Of a stretch of 45,220 bases of DNA, positions 12,459 to 25,169 are shown in pieces. The notes below the pieces were generated by a model. The model was given only the letters and a program-made list of their open reading frames with translations. It searched no databases and was not told the DNA's origin. Both the position numbers and the translations under genes were made by a program. Within the stretch, counting starts at the first letter, position 1. Every line of letters begins with the position of its first letter. The stretch is from contig NC_068981.1 of assembly GCF_001194135.2 (NCBI RefSeq), positions 121,802,588-121,847,807 on the forward strand. The letters run 5' to 3'. This stretch comes from Octopus bimaculoides. Lineage: Eukaryota.

Positions 12459-12494
12459 ATGATGACGAGCAAAGACTCAGAAACATGTTTCTGG
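12459..12494 (+). ncRNA. Degenerate hammerhead motif, family B copy 1
   Basis: AUGAUGA-C-GAGC-AAAG-ACUC-A-GAAAC-AU-GUU-UCUGG. C3 is mutated, helix II has one mismatch, and the 5' strand of helix I is lost at the inversion junction. Confidence 0.45.
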
Positions 12495-12803
12495 ATGCAG
12501 GCTTAGCTGGTTGGAGGTGCTTGTCTCCCCATTGTAAACATAAAGACACAGGAAATATGTCAAGGCCGACAGGAAGCGGTGCAGCTTCTTGGGTCTAACC
12601 AACAGTAGTTTTATTTCCTTCAGGGACTATCACATTAAGTTGACAGCATACAACTACTTCATCGTATTACTACTGCATAAAACTATTTGAGAAATTTTGA
12701 AATGTGTTATTTCTAAATTTGAAATCAGTGTATGTATTTCACTAAAATTATTGTATGTTTACAAGAGCTTCACAGGCTTCTTCGTCTAGCAGGTCATGCT
12801 ACC

Positions 12804-12844
12804 CCAGACTGATGACGAGCAAAAGCTCAGAAACATGTCTGTGG
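12804..12844 (+). ncRNA. Minimal hammerhead ribozyme motif, family B copy 2
   Basis: CCAGA-CUGAUGA(12809-12815)-C-GAGC-AAAA-GCUC-A-GAAAC-AU-GUC-UGUGG. Perfect 4-bp helix II, palindromic helix III ACAUGU, GUC cleavage triplet at 12837-12839. Copy 1 supplies UCUGG, which restores a 5-bp helix I in the consensus. Non-canonical C/A bases flank helix II. Confidence 0.6.
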
Positions 12845-13758
12845 ATGCAGGCTTAGCTTTGTGGAGGTGCTTGTCTCTCCCTTGTAAACATAAGAACAGA
12901 GGCAATATGTCAAAGCTGATAGGAAGCGGTGCAGCATCCTGGGTCTAACCAACAGTAGTATTATTCCCTTCGGGGGACTGTCACATTAAGTTGACAGCAT
13001 ACAACTACTTCATGTTATCGCTACTGTATAAATCTCTCTGAGAAATTTAGAAATGTATTATTTCTATAATATACTTTAATGTGGGGTACGGCCGCCTTTG
13101 GACTCGTACAAAGTTTGAATTGTCTCCAAAGGAATTTTTGTTCATTCTTCGGCTAAAATAATTTCCAGATATTTTAGTGATGATGGTGGAGGTTATTGAC
13201 TCCTTACTTGTTTTTCTAAAATGAACCATAACTGTTCAATAATATTGAGATCTGGGGATTGTGGTGGCCGGATAAGATATTCAGCCTCACTAGAATGTTC
13301 CTCGTGCCATTCAGTAACAATTTTAACTCCATGTTCTCCTCCATGTTAACAGTTGGAAGAAGGTAATGTGAGTTAAATGCTTCTTTTCACTGTCACCACA
13401 CGTATACTCGGCCGGTGAACGGATTAAGGTAAAAGATGACTGATCCGAAAAGAGCATTCTCCCACTGCTCTAGGAACCAATTCTGTAGGTTTGTACTCCA
13501 CTCTAATCGCTTTGCAAATTCGGCTTTGTGCAGCTCCTGGCGAACACTTTTTGTGGAAACTGGGTTCACGGGGTAATTCTGGGAACTGTACTTATGTGAT
13601 CCTTTCTAACAATTTGCGTAAGAGTCCGACGGTCCCTATCAGAAGCTTTTGGCTTTTTTCCAGAGTTTTGTTTCGACGAGGAAGTTTTTCTCTCTTTCTC
13701 AAAGCTGTCATTACTTTTGAGATAGTACTTCTTGATACGCCTACATATATGTATGGAT

Positions 13759-14151
13759 TGTTGTTGTTGTTGGCATTCCGTCGCTTACGACGTCGAGGGT
13801 TCCAGTTGATCCGATCAACGGAAAATCCTGCTCGTGAAATTAACGCGCAAGTGGCTGAGCACTCCACACATACCTGTACCCTTAGCATAGTTCTCGGGGA
13901 TATTCAGCGTGACACAGTGTGACAAGGCTGACCCTTTGAATTACAGGCACAACAGAAACAGGAAGTAAGAGTGAGAGAAAGTTGTGGTGAATGAGTACAG
14001 CAGGGTTCGCCACCATCCCCTGCCGGAGACTCGTGGGGCTTTTTAGGTGTTTTCGCTCAATAAATACTCACAACACCCGGTCTGGGAATCGAAACCGTGA
14101 TCCTATGACCACGAATTCGCTGCCCTAACCACTGGGTCATTGCGCCTCCAC
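13759..14151 (-). mobile_element. Full-length tRNA-derived SINE (third family) with (CAA)n tail and 10-bp TSD
   Basis: Reverse complement begins tggaggcgcaatgacccagtggttagggc (A box)...ggtttcgattcccag (B box) and ends ggaatgccaacaacaacaacaa (RTE-like tail). TSD atgtatggat at 13749-13758 and 14152-14161. Confidence 0.9.
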
Positions 14152-15974
14152 ATGTATGGATATATGCATATATTTATATATTATTTATATCATTATATCA
14201 TCGAACGCCACACATCATTTTCCAAGTAAGTTTTATCTTTAGAATTACGATGCGCACTCGTCTACTATCTCTTCTCTGTCTATCTCTCTCCCTCTCTTGT
14301 TCTGCATCCTTTCTGTTTTTATTTGCCACCCTTTCCCTATTCTTATCTACCTTTCACCGTTCGCACCCTCTCAGTCTTCCTCCTTGACTCTCTCGTCGCT
14401 GACACGTGACGAAAGGGGATCTCTGTTTCTGTCCACTGTCTTCCTAAAGAAAAGACGTGCTTTTTTCTGTCTCTTCTCCCATAGCTCGTCTACCTAGCAT
14501 TCATAATAATTTTTCTACCGTCTTGGCTCAACAACCCTCAACGTTTGTTTTTACTGTCTTGTTCTCACTGTCCTGTTCCTGTTAACACTTTCACTCTCCG
14601 CAAAAAATCCCACGTTTTATTTAATTTGCTTTGCGGGAAGGACTGTTCCAACGAAATTGCGTATTGTCCTTGCCTTCAAAACGCGGAGTAGATGGAACAG
14701 GAACAACTGACAAAGGTGTATACTCTTCATATTGCATGTCTCGCTTCTCTGTTTCTTTTTTTCTTTGTTCGAAAAATATTCGCTTTCTGTTTTCGTTTCT
14801 CATTGTATTTAAAGTTTTTTATGTCCTGTACCCATATACGCATATATGTATACATATAGAAGTAGGTATATACATATATGTATGGATATATGCATATATT
14901 TATATATTATATATATTATTATATGTATATATGTATGTATATAAGAATATGTATGAGTATATATATGAATATATATATATATATATATATATANNNNNNN
15001 NNNNNNNNNNNNNNNNNNNNNNNNNNNNNNNNNNNNNNNNNNNNNNNNNNNNNNNNNNNNNNNNNNNNNNNNNNNNNNNNNNNNNNNNNNNNNNNNNNNN
15101 NNNNNNNNNNNNNNNNNNNNNNNNNNNNNNNNNNNNNNNNNNNNNNNNNNNNNNNNNNNNNNNNNNNNNNNNNNNNNNNNNNNNNNNNNNNNNNNNNNNN
15201 NNNNNNNNNNNNNNNNNNNNNNNNNNNNNNNNNNNNNNNNNNNNNNNNNNNNNNNNNNNNNNNNNNNNNNNNNNNNNNNNNNNNNNNNNNNNNNNNNNNN
15301 NNNNNNNNNNNNNNNNNNNNNNNNNNNNNNNNNNNNNNNNNNNNNNNNNNNNNNNNNNNNNNNNNNNNNNNNNNNNNNNNNNNNNNNNNNNNNNNNNNNN
15401 NNNNNNNNNNNNNNNNNNNNNNNNNNNNNNNNNNNNNNNNNNNNNNNNNNNNNNTATATATATATATATATATATGCATGTATATATATATATTTGAATA
15501 TATTCAGATATACATTCACGTATATATGAACATACATGTGTTTACAAATATGCGTGTGTTTTAGTATTTGTCTATTTGAGTGTAAAATTATGTATATGAT
15601 TTTGCACACACACACACATATACATACATACACCCGAATGCCTGTGTGTATTCAAAGTGATATATAATACTATGCCACTTTTACGGGAGAGAAAACATGG
15701 ATCTTCAATAACACTATGAAGCGCAAATTACCATAGGTAAATCGTAGATCTTGACACGAGGATAGTTATCCTTTCAATCCTTTTGTGGGATTGAAATGGT
15801 GTTATCGTTAACGATATTTTTCTCAGTGTCAGGACGGTAAATTGGGATGCGTGATGTAACCAGCTGCATAACTGAAGCTCAGCAATCCACCAGAAAAGTC
15901 CATCACTTGTTATCATTATTATAATTATTATTAATTCACTTCTCAGAGTTCAAGATTTCACTTGCTCTGTCTAA

Positions 15975-16190
15975 TTCTTTTCTATTCTAAGCACAAGGCC
16001 CGAAGTTTTGGGGGAGGGAGCCAGTCGATTAGATCGACCCCAGTACGTAACTGGTACTTAATTTATCGACCCCGAAATGATGACAAGCAAAATCGACCTC
16101 GGTGGAATTTGAAATTAGAACATGAAGACAGACGAATTAACGCTAAGCATTTCCCCCGGCTTGCTAACATTTCTGCCAGCTCGCCGCCTT
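15975..16190 (-). mobile_element. tRNA-derived SINE (main family)
   Basis: Reverse complement starts aaggcggcgagctggcagaaatgttagcaagcc and contains the gtcgataaattaagtaccag core and the gccttgtgcttagaatagaaaag tail. Confidence 0.9.
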
Positions 16191-16194
16191 AATG

Positions 16195-16645
16195 ATTAGA
16201 CTTTGTCTGTCCAATTCTGTAAGAGCGGACGACGACCTGTTTTCAGGGTTCGCCCAGGGTTTACTTCTGCGATACATAAACATCAAAGTTGCAGTCTCAA
16301 AATCTTGCTGTTCTCCATAAAACGGTTTTCTGAGCATACTCCACCCTAGTGTCAATCCCAATTACTCCAACATTTTTTTAAAGGCTGATTGTTAACACTC
16401 CCAATGTCTCTAAAATTACTCGGATGACAATTCCTTTCTTCATTGCCCACATTCGTGCAATCTCGTCTCTTAGTGGTTTCAGTCCTTTCAAGTTCTTTAT
16501 CCTCCACTCCTACAACCCCAGGTAAAACATCGGTTATCATCTCGCTTTCATTCATCTTTTTTAGCAACCACCATAATGTCTGGTCTTCAAATATCAGTCA
16601 GTGTGTAACACTAGATTGTAAAATCGCACAAGATCTTATGCTCAT
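16195..16645 (-). mobile_element. Older R4/Dong-clade LINE 3' fragment (REL endonuclease domain)
   Basis: Across frameshifts: KILCDFTI*C...RPDIMVVAKK...ITDVLPG..GVEDKELER..PLRDEIARMWAMKK..VIRVILETLGVL...GIDTRVEYAQKTVLWRTARF. This matches the WDF..Q.D...RPD/D/EI.RMW/Q.TVL..TAR REL pattern. A decayed TAA-type tail may lie at 15914-15933, beyond the SINE. Confidence 0.8.
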
Positions 16646-18354
16646 TATTCTCAGTTACCCCTTCCTGCATAATCGCGCACCATTTCATAACGTTAAGGGG
16701 TTAACGATATCGACAGGCAATATTTCTATATGTTTAAGGAAAAAAACTTACGTATTATTGTCTACCTCACTTCTCTCTACCTCTTTCTCGTCTTACATTT
16801 CTCTCGTTTCTTCAATATTTTAGGAGAGGCAGATAGAATGAGAAGATGAGAGGCAAGTAGAAAATATAAATATAGACAAACAGAAATCTAAAACTCGAAC
16901 TAGATAGACAGAGACAAAAACAGACTGCATAAGGAGAGAAAAGAAATAATGAAAATAGAAATAAAGTAAGAGAGAGACAAAGAAAGAAAGTATGAAAGAA
17001 AGAAAGAAAGAAAGAAAGAAGAAAACAAAGAGATGATGAAAGAGTGAAAGGGAGAAAGGGAGATGGATGCAGATAAGAAAATAAATGCACTACGGCATTT
17101 TAAAATGTCGTCTGAAGAGAGAAAAATGTCAATTATAGATATGTTCTTGAATATTATAAAGGACACACGTGTATATATCTTCAAGATTATTTCAACAGAG
17201 TTGTGTATGCAAATAACTATGACTACATATATTCAGAATGATATAGATATAGGGATTCTCATACGTATAACCACCATAGTCTCACAAAATTTTGTGTCAA
17301 CACATATTGATGTATGTAATAAATAATTCAGAAACATAATTTCTATGCCACTTCATATGCGTATGTAATTGGAAGATGGTACGCATGCGCACACACATAC
17401 GCGCATATGTGCATGTATATATATATATATATATGTATATGTGTGTGTGTGTATGTATATGCATGTATGTATATGTATATATACACACACACACACATAT
17501 ATATACATAAATGCTTTAAATATTCATTCTATANNNNNNNNNNNNNNNNNNNNNNNNNNNNNNNNNNNNNNNNNNNNNNNNNNNNNNNNNNNNNNNNNNN
17601 NNNNNNNNNNNNNNNNNNNNNNNNNNNNNNNNNNNNNNNNNNNNNNNNNNNNNNNNNNNNNNNNNNNNNNNNNNNNNNNNNNNNNNNNNNNNNNNNNNNN
17701 NNNNNNNNNNNNNNNNNNNNNNNNNNNNNNNNNTATATATATATATATATACACATGATTACACACACGCTCACACATATATATGCAAAAATACGCGTAT
17801 GTGGTGTGTTTGTGAGTGTGTGTATTGCGAATGTACACATATATAATCAATACGTATTTGAAATAAACAGAGAAATCCACCGTCAGGAAAGGGAGCAAGT
17901 ATACATGCATTAAAATGTTCCTTACAAATTAGTGTTTTGGATCTTCTGAGGACAGGAAATTGCCAGAGCAAAGAGTGCGTTAGAGGATATGAAAGTCTAT
18001 AATAGACTGATATGAAATATAGAAAAAATAAATCAAGAATTAAATGTTATTTAGAATTCTTGTTAGGAAATATGAGGTGATTCCGTGAGGAAAATAGGAA
18101 ATGTACACAGAGAGGTATAGAAATAAAAGCAAGAAGATACGAAAATGTTCGATAAAGCAATTAGGGATAGAAGAATCGGAGTAAATATGAAAGAAAAAAG
18201 AATAACGAAAAAAACAGAAAGGAAATTAGGGAAAGGATGATAGCACATTTGTTGAAAGATTCTCGGGAGTCTGCACTGCCTACAATATGAAAATGAATAG
18301 AAGTCAACTAATACTAAGACGCTTAGAATGTAAAGTACGAAGACATTAATGAAA

Positions 18355-18358
<4 letters not shown>

Positions 18359-18392
<34 letters not shown>
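18359..18392. repeat. (TAA)n microsatellite
   Basis: Direct reading. Confidence 0.95.
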
Positions 18393-18394
<2 letters not shown>

Positions 18395-18644
18395 TAAAAA
18401 TATCTTATTGGACTGAAGTCATACTGTGGTAGCAGTCCAAAGAGTTTAATTGAAGAAATCTAACCCAGTTATGTTGTATCAGTTACTCATTATGTCCAAG
18501 ACTTCTGCTGAGTTGCTAATTTACGGGGACGTAAAGAAGCCAACTCCAGCATCAAATGAAAGAGGACAAATAGAAAAAGGTACCTATACGTATACATATA
18601 TACACACAATCCCACACACACTCACACACATATGTATGCTAATA

Positions 18645-18675
<31 letters not shown>

Positions 18676-18687
18676 TTTCTTTTATAA

Positions 18688-18733
18688 CTTTTACTTGTTT
18701 CAATCATTAGACTGTAGCCTTGAATTTTTAGTC
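18688..18733 (-). mobile_element. Probable SINE tail fragment, cut by an assembly gap
   Basis: ttttacttgtttcaatcattagactgtagccttgaatttttagtc resembles the terminal segment of an abundant octopus SINE as recalled. A related ttacggggacgtaaa motif occurs at ~18522-18536. Confidence 0.45.
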
Positions 18734-21676
18734 NNNNNNNNNNNNNNNNNNNNNNNNNNNNNNNNNNNNNNNNNNNNNNNNNNNNNNNNNNNNNNNNNNN
18801 NNNNNNNNNNNNNNNNNNNNNNNNNNNNNNNNNNNNNNNNNNNNNNNNNNNNNNNNNNNNNNNNNNNNNNNNNNNNNNNNNNNNNNNNNNNNNNNNNNNN
18901 NNNNNNNNNNNNNNNNNNNNNNNNTATATATATATATATATATATATATATGATAGGCTACTGCACAATTTTTGCGTGCCACATTCACTTGCAACACACT
19001 ATTCACCTCGAAGCTTTAGCTGAACCCACTTATACAAGATACTGTGCAGTGGCACCGAACTACAAATTACGTTAACTTCTTAAAACCATACCCGTACCTG
19101 AAAAAATATTTAAAAGTGAATATGTGCATAAGATAATACCTATGCGTTGTGGATAAATTGTTACAAAAAGAGTGACTTCATTAAACTGTCTTGGGTGAGA
19201 TGAGTAGTTTTTCCATGCAGCATAGTAAAATTTAGACCGAAACGTCAAGCCATTGAAAGATTAAGATGTGAAATCGTGAATATAACTAGTTTAAGAGAAA
19301 ATGCTTCATTATGAAAAAACAAGATACTATTGCATAGGAGGGTTGTAATGTTAAAAGCATTGTGGATAAATTTCACGCTAAAATAAATGAATTAAGAGGG
19401 CACACATAATATGTTAATAGAGGTCAGTTTAATCTGTATCTGATCTGCACTTCGAAAATACTAGATGTTACTTGTGGAAGTGATGGCAAATAAAAGTTTA
19501 GATAATTATCGGTAATGTTGATGTTAACGAAGATTAGCGTTTCTCAGTTGTACGTAAGTTGCACATTTTAGACCCATTTCTATAAAAACAACGCTCTCTA
19601 AGCATTTCTAGCTGTTGTGAAAATCAATATTCTTGATCATTCAAGTGCTAGGTGTATCTCAAAATGTTGATTCCTCTTTTCTACCTTATAGCGAAAAGAA
19701 AGAATAGAGGCATACAAAATTATCGTGTTACGTATCATCATATTTGCTACCGCGTAATACTAATTTCGATGTCAACTGCAAATTTGAAGAGGTGGTCAGT
19801 TCATACATAAATGGGCCCAAACAAAATTGGTTAATTCTGTACAGGCGTGAAAAAGCTAATTTGAAATTGTATTAACAATTTGGGTAATTTTTTAATTGGA
19901 TAAGTACTTTCTCCAAAATGCTAACATTTCAAAAATGCACGCCAGGATCCAGCTATCATAGATGTCCTCTACTTTCAAATGCTTTGTATAGTTTATCTAA
20001 GATATTATAAGTACTTTTTTCTTAATATCCTACCTGGTAACTTTTCTGAACATCCGTCATTATGTTTTCCGTTTATAGAATAATATTGAACCTATGCAGT
20101 AAATGATAAGAAATTTTCTAAATATCCGAATTTTGGATCTACATAACTATTTCTTGTTTTGAAGCATTGCTTTTGATATTGTGGTGTTCATTTAACTATA
20201 TAAGTATTTATTATCTATATGAAACTAGTTCACCTGAGACAGATCAATTGTATCAAAGATAAATACACTACAAATTTGATGAGGAAAGTAAACTGAAAAT
20301 GGAAATAGTCTTTTAGTGGATTTTCCATAAATAAAATATTACTAGAACCTTGTACCAATTCCCAGATTCCAAATGATCACATTATGATATGTAGGTAGAT
20401 TTGAAAGAGAGAAATGTAGTTTACTTTGTTGCTAGGCTGCAAGAATGTGATACAAAAACAAGACAAAGCTACTTTTATGAAAGCTACCTGTAAATTCAAA
20501 CTCCCCTCGAAATGACCCTGGCCTGATGTTTAGTGAATTTAAAGCTAAGATAAGTTAAGATTTTCATACTTAGTCTGATATGGCTGGAATGTGCAATGAA
20601 GATAAAATGAATAGAAATGGATTGTGCTTGTTCTTCTTCTGTTATGAGCGTGATTCTCAGTGAAAAATACATTAGATTCCCCTAGTAACAAAACATATTT
20701 TGGATATGCATATAATTGATTAAATAGTCATAGAAAAAGCTGCTCTTTTCTCTTGTTAATTCCAAACCATTTGTTGGCTGTCGGATTATTTCTGTTATGT
20801 TGCGAAAGTTCTTACTGAAATTCGTATCAACAACGTCATTAAAAATCGATACGTCCGTAGATGCATCAATGACAAGTCATTCAAAGTTGATTAGCTCTCA
20901 AATGAATTTAAATATGATAAAAATGCATCTTTGAAGTGCACCGATACAACACAGGCATCAGAAGTAGGTCGACATCTACCTTGAAACTAGAATACAAATT
21001 TGAAATAAGAAGTTTTGAAATATGCCCGTAATAGTTGTAAAGGGGCTTCTAGATATTATAGAAAAGACTTGATGGGTAAAAATAGCAAATGATATTGAGT
21101 GTGTAGCAGGCACATTAAAGCGTTCTATAAAGATTTCAAAAATATTTTGGGACCGGCAATAGACATGTATTCCCTCTGAATTAATTGCTGAGTGTACATA
21201 ACTACTGGCAGCAAAACATGTGAGGTTTTCAAATATGGACAAAGTTGTCTGAATATTAACCGATTAATATATGCAGATTACATGAGTCTCCATTTCTCAA
21301 TGAATTCACCCAGCTGTGTATCACCAGCATGTGGCCTAAATATGGCACAGCAATCTTGCATTAATTCACTAAAAGTTAACTCGAAAGCATGGAATAAATT
21401 GGACATATCAATCTTGTCTATTTCAATGGAAAAACGAAATTCACACAAGTTTTACGCATAAAAGCAAAACACCACAGCAGCTTTACAAAATATGAACGGA
21501 CTGCACGTAAACCTCTGAGAATTCCTGCTGATGATGGGCATCATTACCATATGGTATACTGTTAGGAAAATAGTTTTGATCTGTTTGTGATATGTAGAAA
21601 TTAATTCTAGTTGTTTTGGAACACAAGAATTATCTGCTTACTTTTGTACGATTATCTATATGCGTACATGTATGTA

Positions 21677-21680
<4 letters not shown>

Positions 21681-21744
<64 letters not shown>

Positions 21745-21776
21745 TAGATAGATACATACATACATACATACATACA
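21681..21776. repeat. Four-part compound microsatellite (TC)n-(TA)n-(GATA)n-(CATA)n
   Basis: Direct reading. Confidence 0.95.
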
Positions 21777-21945
21777 TGTGAAGTACATCTTCAATGGTAA
21801 AACCGCCACACAATATTTATATCAATCGTAGTATTTGAAGTAAACAATCAGATACATAGAAAATATTGGGTTAAGAAATTTATGAACCGTTTATGTCTCG
21901 CGGGTCTGCCTTACTTATATATAAAGAGGAACTAGTATTGATTGT

Positions 21946-21976
<31 letters not shown>

Positions 21977-22660
21977 GTATATANNNNNNNNNNNNNNNNN
22001 NNNNNNNNNNNNNNNNNNNNNNNNNNNNNNNNNNNNNNNNNNNNNNNNNNNNNNNNNNNNNNNNNNNNNNNNNNNNNNNNNNNNNNNNNNNNNNNNNNNN
22101 NNNNNNNNNNNNNNNNNNNNNNNNNNNNNNNNNNNNNNNNNNNNNNNNNNNNNNNNNNNNNNNNNNNNNNNNNNNNNNNNNNNNNNNNNNNNNNNNNNNN
22201 NNNNNNNNNNNNNNNNNNNNNNNNNNNNNNNNNNNNNNNNNNNNNNNNNNNNNNNNNNNNNNNNNNNNNNNNNNNNNNNNNNNNNNNNNNNNNNNNNNNN
22301 NNNNNNNNNNNNNNNNNNNNNNNNNNNNNNNNNNNNNNNNNNNNNNNNNNNNNNNNNNNNNNNNNNNNNNNNNNNNNNNNNNNNNNNNNNNNNNNNNNNN
22401 NNNNNNNNNNNNNNNNNNNNNNNNNNNNNNNNNNNNNNNNNNNNNNNNNNNNNNNNNNNNNNNNNNNNNNNNNNNNNNNNNNNNNNNNNNNNNNNNNNNN
22501 NNNNNNNNNNNNNNNNNNNNNNNNNNNNNNNNNNNNNNNNNNNNNNNNNNNNNNNNNNNNNNNNNNNNNNNNNNNNNNNNNNNNNNNNNNNNNNNNNNNN
22601 NNNNNNNNNNNNNNNNNNNNNNNNNNNNNNNNNNNNNNNNNNNNNNNNNNNNNNNNNNNN

Positions 22661-22708
<48 letters not shown>

Positions 22709-23026
22709 CTAGTAAGTATAATATGACTACGATATTTACAAACAACGGAAAAAGGAAGTAAAGTAAAAATAAGTAAATGGAAAGTTATGAACACTGTCGG
22801 CAACTCGCAAAACTGAACTGAAAGGAAAAGTATTTAAACTGTTCAGAATAACTTCATTTAAACTATAGTTAAATATAAATGATATTAATCAACATTCTAT
22901 CAATACCTGTAAATAGAAAATTTTTTTTCTATAAAAAAAAAAAAATATATAGTAATAGTACTGTTAAAGAGGTTCTACTAATTACTTTTATAAATTAGTT
23001 GCATTTGGTAATTTATCGTAATCAAT

Positions 23027-23205
23027 GCAGCGAGGTGCAGAATCGTTAGCACGCCGGGCAAAATGTTCAAATTCTGTCGAGGTTGACTTTGCCTTTCATC
23101 CTTTGGGGGGCGATAAATTAAGTACCAGTTTTGCACTGGGGTCAATCTGATCGACTTTCCCCTCCCTCGAATTTTCAGGACTTGTTCTTATTACAGAAAG
23201 GAATA
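23027..23205 (+). mobile_element. tRNA-derived SINE (main family), internally deleted
   Basis: gcagaatcgttagcacgccgggcaaaatg|ttcaaattctgtcgaggttgactttgcctttcatcctttggggggcgataaattaagtaccag... Confidence 0.85.
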
Positions 23206-23796
23206 ATTATCATAATCGTGAAAAATATAATAATTACCTAAGACCTATGCGTGGAATTTGAAGAAGAGTGTCATTGAAGCCAGTCGTATATTTGTTTATA
23301 GTTGAGTGTTTGTGTGTGACTTTGTGTATTTGTTTGTCGTCAATCACCACTTATCAAATGGTGTTCATATGTGTGCTTAGCACTGAATTGAACCCGGTAG
23401 AATAAATGCCAAACTTAGAAAGAAAAAATCGTATGGTCAGTTTGTTCGACTAATAACAGAAACAGACATAACTATCAAATCTAATTTTCTGTATAAATTT
23501 TCTGTATAAATTTAATTTGTGCAAATTCAACAAAATACCGCAAGATAAGCTCATAAAAAAAACACAAAACATAAAAATATGCACATCAAATTAAGTACAT
23601 AATTTTCATTCTATCTATCTAGCTAGCTAGCTATTTGTCTGTCCACTTGTATCTCTAACTGCCGGTTAGTCTCTTATTTGTCTTCCTATCTGTCTGTGTG
23701 TCTGTCTACCCATCTATCTGTCTGTCTACCCATCTATCTGTCTGTCTGCTTCTGTGTCTATCTGTCTACCCAGCCAGTTAGTTATCTGCCTGCATG

Positions 23797-23873
<77 letters not shown>
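23797..23873. repeat. (TCTA)n microsatellite
   Basis: Direct reading. Confidence 0.95.
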
Positions 23874-24924
23874 TTGTCTGTCTTTTTTCTGTCTTCGTTT
23901 GTCTCTCTCACTATCTATTTTCCAAAATTTCTCAGCGACTACATATACAACATCTATNNNNNNNNNNNNNNNNNNNNNNNNNNNNNNNNNNNNNNNNNNN
24001 NNNNNNNNNNNNNNNNNNNNNNNNNNNNNNNNNNNNNNNNNNNNNNNNNNNNNNNNNNNNNNNNNNNNNNNNNNNNNNNNNNNNNNNNNNNNNNNNNNNN
24101 NNNNNNNNNNNNNNNNNNNNNNNNNNNNNNNNNNNNNNNNNNNNNNNNNNNNNNNNNNNNNNNNNNNNNNNNNNNNNNNNNNNNNNNNNNNNNNNNNNNN
24201 NNNNNNNNNNNNNNNNNNNNNNNNNNNNNNNNNNNNNNNNNNNNNNNNNNNNNNNNNNNNNNNNNNNNNNNNNNNNNNNNNNNNNNNNNNNNNNNNNNNN
24301 NNNNNNNNNNNNNNNNNNNNNNNNNNNNNNNNNNNNNNNNNNNNNNNNNNNNNNNNNNNNNNNNNNNNNNNNNNNNNNNNNNNNNNNNNNNNNNNNNNNN
24401 NNNNNNNNNNNNNNNNNNNNNNNNNNNNNNNNNNNNNNNNNNNNNNNNNNNNNNNNNNNNNNNNNNNNNNNNNNNNNNNNNNNNNNNNNNNNNNNNNNNN
24501 NNNNNNNNNNNNNNNNNNNNNNNNNNNNNNNNNNNNNNNNNNNNNNNNNNNNNNNNNNNNNNNNNNNNNNNNNNNNNNNNNNNNNNNNNNNNNNNNNNNN
24601 NNNNNNNNNNNNNNNNNNNNNNNNNNNNNNNNNNNNNNNNNNNNNNNNNNNNNNNNNNNNNNNNNNNNNNNNNNNNNNNNNNNNNNNNNNNNNNNNNNNN
24701 NNNNNNNNNNNNNNNNNNNNNNNNNNNNNNNNNNNNNNNNNNNNNNNNNNNNNNNNNNNNNNNNNNNNNNNNNNNNNNNNNNNNNNNNNNNNNNNNNNNN
24801 NNNNNNNNNNNNNNNNNNNNNNNNNNNNNNNNNNNNNNNNNNNNNNNNNNNNNNNNNNNNNNNNNNNNNNNNNNNNNNNNNNNNNNNNNNNNNNNNNNNN
24901 NNNNNNNNNNNNNNNNNNNNNNNN

Positions 24925-24959
<35 letters not shown>

Positions 24960-25169
24960 TATCATATATATATGCGTGTGTCTCTGCGTGTATATATATA
25001 CACACACACCCATAGAGAACGATACAGAGAGAAAGAGAAAGAGGAACGAATGAAAGGAAGGATAGATTGAGAGTGTTGAATATTTTCTCTTGTGAGAGGC
25101 ATGTGTGACTGACTCATCTCATACATGGTTATTTAGGTGTGTTTACACTCCAGGTCATGGGATTGTTTC

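Larger units (their letters stand above)
12356..13067 (+). mobile_element. 712-bp non-coding HHR-bearing insertion (family B): inverted 5' arm + 350-bp unit + partial second unit; Penelope-like/retrozyme-like
   Basis: TSD aatata(t/c)tttaa at 12344-12355 and 13068-13079. 12355-12457 is the reverse complement of 12558-12659. 12459-~12718 repeats at 12809-13067 (offset 350; 16 mismatches in 120 bp by hand count over 12481-12600). Confidence 0.8.
12300..13742 (-). mobile_element. Tc1-family transposon relic: one TIR, internally deleted, 5'-truncated, interrupted by the HHR element
   Basis: TA + CAGGGGTTGGACAAAATCATGGAAACACC at 12300-12328 is a Tc1-type TIR. Minus strand gives VSRSTISKVMTA.., LEQWEN.., GRVYVW, IVTEWHEEHSSEAEYLIRPPQSPDLNIIEQLW and KGGRTPH* (stop at 13076-13078). 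Confidence 0.85.

Noticed and set aside
14621-14760. Peptide MQYEEYTPLSVVPVPSTPRFEGKDNTQFRWNSPSRKAN*
   Set aside because: No recognisable family, no polypyrimidine acceptor on that strand, and short enough to occur by chance.
18406-18448. 8-bp hairpin ttggactg/cagtccaa
   Set aside because: Too short and unextended to exceed chance.
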